Shown: positions 1-6,001 of the stretch, one piece after another
Position numbering within the stretch: position 1 is the first letter of the stretch
Layout: every line of letters begins with the position of its first letter
Source of the DNA: Octopus sinensis
Lineage: Eukaryota
Length of the DNA stretch: 6,001 nt
Direction of reading: 5' to 3'
Assembly: GCF_006345805.1 (NCBI RefSeq)
Contig: NW_021829560.1
Location: 1 to 6,001, forward strand
The notes under the pieces: generated by a model
Told to the model about the DNA's origin: nothing
Database searches by the model: none
The model's input: the letters and a program-made list of their open reading frames with translations, nothing else
Program-made: the position numbers and the translations under genes

Positions 1-34
1 ATTGATCATTTTTTCTTTTCTTTTTTTTTTGCTG

Positions 35-160
35 TTTTACATTCCTTCCTGATCGAAAACCTACCCCACTTTTTTTTTCTTTTTCTCCCCCAAAAGAAAA
101 GCTCTACTTTGAAATTTGTCCCGTGTGTGTTCAGCCATGTGTAGTTAATAAAGAAACATA
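35..160 (+). mobile_element. 3' end of an interspersed (retroelement-like) repeat, copy A
   Basis: Homologous to 631-746 (91-160 vs 677-746: 58/70 identical, ungapped, counted by hand); AATAAA at 147-152; ends in AAAGAAACATA directly followed by a microsatellite. The retroelement origin is inference. Confidence 0.5.
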
Positions 161-273
161 TCTAGCTATCTATTTATCTATCTATCTATCCATCTATCTA
201 CTGTCTATCTATCTACCTATCTGTCTGTCTACCCGTCTGTCTGTCCGTCTAACTACCTGTCTGTCTGTCCATG

Positions 274-365
<92 letters not shown>
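160..365. repeat. Compound (TCTA)n/(TCTG)n microsatellite (GATA/GACA type)
   Basis: Degenerate TCTA/TCTG units 160-273, then 23 perfect TCTA units 274-365. Confidence 0.97.
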
Positions 366-366
<1 letters not shown>

Positions 367-384
367 TACCTGTGTGTGTGTATA

Positions 385-746
385 TATTGAATGCTCGAAA
401 TGAGGAGTAGATAGACAGCCGACAACTGATGAAGGGTCCTTTCTCTGTATTTACTTGTCCTGTTTTCCATTTTTTTTCTCGTTATTTATATATTTAACTC
501 GTTTGTTTACGTATTTCGTGCTATTTGCACCATTGGTGATGTCCTACACCTATACATGCATGCATATATAATGTATATATATTATATATATATTCTAATA
601 ATATATTCTTTTTTTGTCCTCTTTCTTTCCTTTTACGATCCCTTTTGATCGAAAACCAACCCCCTTTTTTTACCCCGAAAAGAAAAGCTCTACCTTGTAA
701 TTTGTTCTGTCTGTGTGCAGCCCGGAGTGGCTAATAAAGAAACATA
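385..746 (+). mobile_element. Interspersed repeat, longer copy B of the same 3' end
   Basis: 631-746 matches 35-160 (GATCGAAAAC, AAAAGAAAAGCTCTAC, TAATAAAGAAACATA); AATAAA at 733-738; followed by (TA)n. The 5' boundary (~385, after a short TG/TA run) is uncertain. Confidence 0.45.
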
Positions 747-763
747 TATTATATATATATATA

Positions 764-841
<78 letters not shown>

Positions 842-848
842 TAGAGAT
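745..848. repeat. Compound (TA)n-(GA)n microsatellite
   Basis: TA run 745-808 with minor interruptions, then GA run from 809 to ~845. Confidence 0.95.
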
Positions 849-1048
849 ATGATAGATATAGAATATTGCCATTCTTTCTTTCTATTTATTTGTTTATATC
901 TATATGTGTAGCGCGCGCTTGTGTGTGTATTCGTGTGTATGTGGCATATGTATGATGTATGTGTCAGTGTCGCGCACGTGTATATATATTATATTATATA
1001 TATATATATATATGTTAGTATGTATTTGTATATATGTGTATGCACATA

Positions 1049-1871
1049 TACATACATACATACAATACATCCATACATACATACTACATACATACATACA
1101 TACAAACATACATACATACATACATACATACATACATACCTACACACACACACTACATACATACAGACATACATACATACATACATACATACTACATCCA
1201 ACATACATACATACATACATACATACATACAACATAAAACATACATACATAACATACATACATCACAAACATACATACATCATACATACATACATACATA
1301 CATACATACATACATACATACATACATACAACATACAAACTACAAACATACATACATACATACATCATACATACAAACATACAAACATACAACATACAAA
1401 CATACAAACATACATACATACATACCTCATACCTACACAACCATACAAACATACATACATACATACATACATACATACAAACATACATACATACATACAT
1501 ACATACATACATACATACATACATACATACAAACATACAAACATACAAACATACATACATACATACATACATACATACATACATACAACATACATACATA
1601 CAAACATACATACATACATACATACATACATACAAACATACAAACATACATACATACATACATACATACATACATACATACACACACACACACTACATAC
1701 ATACATACATACATACATACATACATACAACATACATACTCCATACATACAAACATACATGCATACGTACATACATACATACATGCATACATTCATACAT
1801 ACATACATGCATACATTCATACATACATACATACATACATACATACATACATACATACATACATACATACA

Positions 1872-1900
<29 letters not shown>
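1049..1900. repeat. ~850-bp (TACA)n tetranucleotide array with variant units
   Basis: Continuous TACA units with AACA, CACA, TGCA, TTCA variants and short deletions; the last ~80 bp are perfect. Explains the YIHT/MYVC ORFs. Confidence 0.98.
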
Positions 1901-1902
<2 letters not shown>

Positions 1903-1991
1903 CTCAGTGTTTGTTCCATACCTAAAAATGTTTTTAAGAATATTTGTTGTACATCTTTCATTGTGGATCTCTACAGAGACACTCTTATCAA

Positions 1992-2038
1992 ACACACACA
2001 TACACACATATACACACAAGCACACACAAGCACACACA
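1992..2038. repeat. Degenerate (CA)n microsatellite
   Basis: ACACACACATACACACATATACACACAAGCACACACAAGCACACAC. Confidence 0.8.
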
Positions 2039-2488
2039 AAGAGGCTTGTCATCCATTGGCTCCTTGACCGATATTTCCTTCCTTAGTGCTTCCCCCCTCC
2101 CAAAATACTTATGACTTCACAGTTCTACCCATCAGTGCACATTTCCCCCTATCCTATCCTCTCCTCTCTACCCTCCCACATCACTACGGTCTCACCTTAA
2201 AACCTTAAAGACCTTGTACGGTGTGACCGACTTCAATAGAAGAAACAGGCCACCTATATTTAAGAAATCGGAAATGTACCGATTTCACATCACAAAATAT
2301 TCGGAACTTGTAAAATTGTTTCTCCTTTCTAAAAATAGCATTCAACTATAAACAACTTGGTTCTATCTTTTGATGAATCAGATGAATTCTGCGATCCACT
2401 TTCGAATTCCATGTCAGTTTCCTTCCTTCCTTTTGATTTTTATCCTTTTATCTAAGATTTTTTTTTTTCTTATAAATTTATATACATA

Positions 2489-2668
2489 GGTGCAGCTATG
2501 GTTGTGCAGTTAAGAAGCTCGCTTCGCAAACCAAATAGTTCCGGGTTCAGTCCCACTGTGTGGGAACTTGGGACAATTGTCTTCTATTACAGCCTCGGAT
2601 CGACCAAAATCTTGAGTGGATTTGGTAGATGGAAACTGAAAGAAGCCAAATGTATATGTATATATATA
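2489..2668 (+). mobile_element. tRNA-derived SINE, 5' half (Octopus-type), ending in its internal (TA) microsatellite
   Basis: Starts GG at 2489; A-box-like TGGTTGTGCAGT (2499-2510) and B-box GGTTCAGTCCC (2544-2554); body GTGGATTTGGTAGATGGAAACTGAAAGAAGCC resembles from recall a very common octopus SINE; TA repeat 2652-2668. Confidence 0.75.
2499..2554 (+). promoter_or_regulatory. Degenerate RNA polymerase III internal promoter (A box and B box) of the SINE
   Basis: B box GGTTCAGTCCC resembles consensus GGTTCGANNCC; A-box-like motif ~33 nt upstream. Confidence 0.6.
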
Positions 2669-2748
2669 CCGGAGTAAACACATAAATGTGAAACAAGGTG
2701 GAAAAAAGAGTACTCAAATACCAGTGGTAGAGTAATATGCTTTATTTA

Positions 2749-2847
2749 AAGCAGCAGGAAATTCAACAAAACCTGTTACCCTGAGTTTCACGTTCCCGTT
2801 CGTCGGGAAACTCAGAGTAACAGGTTTTGTTGAATTTTCTGCTGCTT
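2749..2847. repeat. Long inverted repeat: 41-bp arms (39/41 identical), 17-nt spacer
   Basis: Left arm 2749-2789 AAGCAGCAGGAAATTCAACAAAACCTGTTACCCTGAGTTTC; reverse complement of 2807-2847 is AAGCAGCAGAAAATTCAACAAAACCTGTTACTCTGAGTTTC. Confidence 0.97.
2772..2806 (-). ncRNA. Minimal type I hammerhead ribozyme-like motif 1 (U4C core variant, stem I 5' strand displaced)
   Basis: Minus strand CCGACGA-ACG(GGAA)CGT-GAAAC-TCAGG-GTA-ACAGG: core CNGANGA, 3-bp stem II, GAAA, short stem III, GUA cleavage triplet. Confidence 0.55.
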
Positions 2848-2866
2848 AATAAATAAATAAATAAAA

Positions 2867-2926
2867 ATATATATAATATATACACACCACATATTATAAT
2901 ATATATATATATTATATATATATATA
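2867..2926. repeat. Interrupted (TA)n microsatellite
   Basis: TA-rich run with one CA-rich interruption, ending in the TA that precedes CAGT at 2927. Confidence 0.88.
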
Positions 2927-3412
2927 CAGTATCCTTCCGACTATCGCAGATGTTACGTTCCAAAACCTCCCGCGATAGGTGAGAATCCGTGAAGTAGAAA
3001 CACTACTGTACTGTGCATATTTTTTTATCATTTTTATAATTTATATATATTTATTTTATTATAAATGCAAAACAACACCACACACTCGCCTCCCGTGTTT
3101 CGTTTTCCATACATTATTCTTTGTTTATTCATCTGCGGTACACTACGTATTTTCTTTAGATTTATTTCAATCAGTGTGTTATACAGTGCAATACCGTACT
3201 CCATTTTTAATTATCAATTTATTAATTTTTAGGCGTGAAAATGCTTATTTTACCACAGAGTTAATTAAAATCTAAAGAAATATAAAAACCTATCGACCGC
3301 AGGAACATGCGATATACGGAGGAGTCCGCGATATAAATTTACATATATTAGCCAGAAAAATCCACGATGTACTGAATGTGTGACAGGTGAACAGTGATAT
3401 AGCGAGAGTTTA

Positions 3413-3415
<3 letters not shown>
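2927..3415. mobile_element. Probable non-autonomous DNA transposon (MITE, Tc1/mariner-pogo/Tigger type) of ~490 bp
   Basis: TA|CAGTATCCTTCCGACTATCGC at the left; reverse complement of the right end reads TAGTAAACTCTCGCTATATCAC (imperfect TIR); repeated CCGCGATA-like motifs near both ends; AT-rich non-coding interior; sits between TA and TG microsatellites. Confidence 0.55.

Positions 3416-3465
<50 letters not shown>
3416..3465. repeat. (TG)25 microsatellite
   Basis: Perfect TG repeat 3416-3465, followed shortly by a C13 run at 3473-3485. Confidence 0.97.
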
Positions 3466-3466
<1 letters not shown>

Positions 3467-3666
3467 CTGTTTCCCCCCCCCCCCCATCACTTGACAACTA
3501 GCGTTGGTGTCTTTATGTCTCCGCAATTTAGTAGTTCGGCAAAAGATCCGATAAAATAAGACCCACATTAAAAAAGTAATAAGTATTGGACTCTATTCCT
3601 TCGACTAAAAACTCTTCAGCGAGGCCATAGTCTAACGAGTGAAACAAGCAAAAGACAAGATAAAAA
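3466..3666 (+). mobile_element. tRNA-derived SINE, 3' half (Octopus-type)
   Basis: CATCACTTGACAAC...TTAGTAGTTCGGCAAAAGATCCGATAAAATAAG...CGACTAAA...GAAACAAGCAAAAGA resembles from recall the 3' part of the same octopus SINE, which follows an internal TA/TG microsatellite; ends in an AAGA-rich tail. Confidence 0.6.
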
Positions 3667-3672
3667 TATGCA

Positions 3673-3699
3673 TCAGGTCATCCCATAAGTTCTGTCCGA
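3673..3699 (+). repeat. Mariner terminal inverted repeat (left)
   Basis: TCAGGTCATCCCATAAGTTCTGTCCGA; exact reverse complement of 4909-4935. Confidence 0.97.
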
Positions 3700-3747
3700 A
3701 TTTTGAATAAAGAAAACAAGTGATCAAATGTTATATTTAATTGAAAT

Positions 3748-4752
3748 TTAATTATCAATGCACTTTCCCTGATTATCTAGGACTTCCTTCCATCTATTTA
3801 CAAGCTTTTTAATCCCATCAATGTAAAACTCTTTTGGTTTCAAAGCGAAGAACTCTGAAATGTCAGTTTCGACCTCCTCCTGGTTTGCGAAATGATTCTG
3901 TAAACTACGAAACAAATGGTAGTCTGAAGGAGCAAGGTCCGGAGAAAAATGTGGATGGGGAATTTTTTTCCAACCAAGCTCTTCGATCTTCTGTGATGTG
4001 ATCTTTGCAGTGTGGGGTCACGCATTGTCCTGATGAAACATCACTCCTTTTCGATTCACTAAAGCGGGTCTTTTTTCTTCAAAGCTTGGTTCAAACGCTC
4101 TAATTGCTGACAGCAGACTTGGGCATTGATTGTTGTATTAGGTGGTAATAATTCAAAGTGAATTACTCCTTTGCAATCCCACCAGAAGAACCTTTTTCCC
4201 ATGAAGTTCCCTTCTCGGTTGTGGTTGAGCTTTTTCCCTTTTAACAAGCCACTGTTTACGACGTTTAACATTTCGATTAAAGATCCATTTTTCATTACCA
4301 GTCACAAGTCTATCCAAAAAGGGTGAAATGAGTTCGCGAGAATGGAGAGAAGAGCAGATGTCAACTCGGGATTTACAGTTGCTTTCGGACAATTCAAGAG
4401 GCATCCATTTTCCAAGTTTAGGAACCTTTCCAAGTTGTTGAAGATGACGATGAACTGTTGTATGGTTTGAACTAAGCTTTATTGTCAATTCTTCAACTGA
4501 TAATACAGGGTTTTCTTCAAGTAATGCTTCAAGGAGCTTATCATCAAACTCAACTGGACGTCCTGTTCGATCTTCATCTTCAAGGCTGAAATCTCCACTT
4601 CTGAATTTTGCAAACCATCTGCTGCAAGTTCTTTCATTCAAGCATTCTTTCCCATCAACTGAGTGTATGTTTCGAGTCGCTTCGGCAGCAGAGTTTCCTT
4701 TTTTGTACTCATAAAGCATTATGTGCCTCAAATGCTCTTTGGATATTTCCAT
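3748..4752 (-). pseudogene. Mariner (Mos1/Hsmar-like) DD34D transposase pseudogene
   Basis: ATG at 4752 (MEISKEHLRHIMLYEY...RWFAKFRSGDFSLEDEDRTGRP HTH region), WMPLEL (=WVPHEL), VTGNEKW (first D to N at 4296-4294), frameshift at ~4185 into WWDCKGVIHFELL, frameshift in the T6 run 4071-4076 into RPALVNRKGVMFHQDNA, in-frame TGA at 4020-4018 (DNA*PH), HFSPDLAPSDYHLF with exactly 34 residues between D (4029) and D (3924), TAA at 3750-3748. Confidence 0.95.
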
Positions 4753-4908
4753 GTTAGAAAAGGTTTTAATCAAAGAATTTTTTATTCTATTATTCTGTAA
4801 AATAATATTTAATTAGTTTAAATGTAAACAAATGCATAAAAATAATTTTAAATTCCATTAGACATTCTAAAACACTATAAAATTTCATTCAGTTTTTAAA
4901 AGGTAAAA

Positions 4909-4935
4909 TCGGACAGAACTTATGGGATGACCTGA
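4909..4935 (-). repeat. Mariner terminal inverted repeat (right)
   Basis: TCGGACAGAACTTATGGGATGACCTGA followed by TA. Confidence 0.97.
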
Positions 4936-4942
4936 TATATAC

Positions 4943-5045
4943 GAATGGCAAAATCGATGCCGGAGTTGTTTCAACCCAGAGAGTACCGAAACAAATGCAG
5001 CATGGCAATTTGTCGGACACTTCAACGATTCTATGAATGCAATGC
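4943..5045 (-). mobile_element. Degenerate tRNA-derived SINE head (second family), truncated
   Basis: Minus strand TAGAATCGTTGAAGTGTCCGACAAATTGCC...GGGTTGAAACAACTCCGGCATCGATTTTGCC; decayed A/B-box-like motifs; resembles from recall the head of a second octopus SINE family. Confidence 0.4.
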
Positions 5046-5049
5046 TCTT

Positions 5050-5286
5050 ATTATCTCCCTTCTTCCCAGCTCTCTTCTGTGACCCCTCTGTCCGGCATTC
5101 GCCATGATAGATCGCTAGCCACTAAAACTTTTTCTATTTTCTCTCCCTGTTTATTTCTGTGTTCCTTTCTGTCAAAGAGTATAAGCTCGAAACGTAAACA
5201 ACTTTCTCACTTCCCGAGCGTTAAACTAATACATCTGTTTGTTGTTTACACACCCGTCTTCGTCTTTTTTTTTTGTAAATTCTCAC
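5050..5286 (+). mobile_element. Retroelement-like 3' end (Penelope-like pseudo-LTR candidate)
   Basis: Contains a hammerhead-like motif at 5166-5198, then a pyrimidine-rich 3' region ending TGTAAATTCTCAC directly into (TA)n at 5287; the 5' boundary is uncertain. Confidence 0.45.
5166..5198 (+). ncRNA. Decayed minimal hammerhead ribozyme-like motif 2
   Basis: TTT-CTGTCAA-A-GAGT(ATAA)GCTC-GAAAC-GTA-AA: stem II and GAAACGTA intact, two substitutions in the CUGANGA core. Confidence 0.4.
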
Positions 5287-5304
5287 TATATATATTATAC
5301 ATAA

Positions 5305-5376
<72 letters not shown>

Positions 5377-5394
5377 AATATTATATATATATCA

Positions 5395-5456
<62 letters not shown>

Positions 5457-5481
5457 TATATATAATAATATATATATATAA
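5287..5481. repeat. Interrupted (TA)n microsatellite with a short (TG) block
   Basis: ~195 bp of TA units with single-base interruptions. Confidence 0.95.
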
Positions 5482-5487
5482 TAAAAA

Positions 5488-5692
5488 TATAGCGAGAAGA
5501 AGCAACAAGAAATGGATGGTTTTTAGTACAATCGTTTCATACAAGGACAGGCTTTATTAAAAGTTGCAAAAATTACAGCATAAACGTGTCCCGTACTCAT
5601 CACTAAAATACATGTAGTTTCTCTAGACATCCTAGTGGTTGAGGCTATACTCAAGTAAATTCATTTAAATTAACTTGAATCTTTTGCTTTTT
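5488..5692 (-). mobile_element. ~205-bp hammerhead-containing element (retrozyme-like or pseudo-LTR) between two (TA)n tracts
   Basis: Complex-sequence island flanked on both sides by TA microsatellites; contains a type I hammerhead fold and a minus-strand AATAAA (5558-5553). Confidence 0.5.
5521..5608 (-). ncRNA. Type I hammerhead ribozyme-like motif 3 with extended stem II (C3 missing)
   Basis: Minus strand TTTTAG-TGATGA-GTACGGGACA...TGTCCTTGTAT-GAAAC-GATT-GTA-CTAAAA: 6-bp stem I, ~10-bp stem II, GAAA, 2-bp stem III, GUA cleavage triplet. Confidence 0.7.
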
Positions 5693-5693
5693 G

Positions 5694-5865
5694 TATATAT
5701 AAATATATATATATATATACATGTATATCATATATATATATATATTATATATAAATATATGCATATATATATATATATTTATATGTATATGTTATATTTG
5801 TGTATCCATGTGTATATAAATATATATAATTATATATATATATATATTATATATATATATATATA
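5694..5865. repeat. Degenerate (TA)n microsatellite
   Basis: TA units with CA/TG interruptions. Confidence 0.95.
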
Positions 5866-6001
5866 AGAAAATAGTAAAGTTGTGAAAAAACGACAGAAGG
5901 CTTAAATGTTAAAAAATATATATTTGTGTCAAAATGTCTGGAGAATATTGGAAAAATTTTTTTCTTTCCTTCCTTAAAATGACATAATTTTAAAATTTTT
6001 A

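Larger units (their letters stand above)
2669..2864 (-). mobile_element. Penelope-like pseudo-LTR fragment with an inverted partial copy
   Basis: Minus strand reads hammerhead-like core (2806-2772), AATAAA (2746-2741), 3' end at 2669 into (TA)n; plus-strand inverted partial copy 2807-2864 ends in (TAAA)n. Family assignment is inference from architecture. Confidence 0.55.
3673..4935 (-). mobile_element. Full-length defective mariner (DD34D) DNA transposon, 1263 bp
   Basis: Perfect 27-bp TIRs, TA at the right flank (4936-4937) and CA at the left (3671-3672), internal mariner transposase pseudogene, size typical of mariner (~1.3 kb). Confidence 0.96.

Noticed and set aside
123-410. 95-aa ORF rich in IYLS repeats
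   Set aside because: Translation of the (TCTA)n microsatellite.
393-440. GCTCGAAA (393-400) and CTGATGAAGGGT (426-437) as a fourth hammerhead
   Set aside because: The core heptamer is perfect, but no GAAA follows stem II; in the permuted arrangement stem I cannot form and stem III is not credible. Worth rechecking in the family consensus only.
1010-1060. Switch from TATG/TG-rich to CATA-rich repeats forming a short hairpin (TATGTG-TATG-CACATA)
   Set aside because: Expected by chance where complementary simple repeats abut; the stem is short.
900-2067. Long ORFs of 77-387 aa on both strands (YIHT, MYVC repeats)
   Set aside because: They are translations of the (TACA)n array, which lacks stop codons in several frames; no domain content.
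2085-2180. G-rich minus strand as a G-quadruplex
   Set aside because: G-runs are irregularly spaced with long loops; no canonical four-tract motif.
2489-2560. tRNA gene
   Set aside because: Has A/B-box-like motifs but no complete cloverleaf, and continues into SINE body sequence.
2749-2847. Inverted repeat as a pre-miRNA or CRISPR-like unit
   Set aside because: Single hairpin with no repeat-spacer array; better explained as an inversion junction within a retroelement end.
2979-3275. 98-aa ORF inside the MITE
   Set aside because: Low-complexity F/Y/I-rich translation of AT-rich DNA, non-ATG start, no transposase motifs.
3840-4025. 61-aa minus-strand ORF (MRDPTLQ...)
   Set aside because: Alternative frame overlapping the transposase C-terminus; the conserved SPDLAPSDY motif is in another frame.
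4153-4773. 206-aa ORF as an intact gene or as SETMAR
   Set aside because: It is the N-terminal fragment of the broken mariner transposase (true ATG at 4752, frameshift at ~4185); there is no SET domain and it lies between TIRs.
5037-5866. ORFs at 5037-5378, 5315-5560 and 5675-5866
   Set aside because: Largely IY repeats from (TA)n tracts.

Overview
AT-rich eukaryotic, repeat-saturated non-coding DNA with no intact host gene. The SINE sequences resemble, from my recall only, the abundant tRNA-derived SINEs of Octopus/coleoid cephalopods. The clearest feature is a full-length but defective mariner (DD34D) transposon at 3673-4935 (minus strand, perfect 27-bp TIRs, transposase pseudogene 4752-3748). 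The rest is long microsatellites ((TCTA)n, (TA)n, (GA)n, an ~850-bp (TACA)n array, (TG)25), a tRNA-derived SINE apparently split by nested insertions, a probable TA-targeting MITE, and several short retroelement-like ends abutting microsatellites. The most interesting signal is three different short elements that each carry a recognisable but mutated hammerhead-ribozyme fold (2772-2806 minus, 5166-5198 plus, 5521-5608 minus), consistent with Penelope-like pseudo-LTRs or retrozyme-like elements. All long ORFs other than the transposase fragments are microsatellite translation artefacts.
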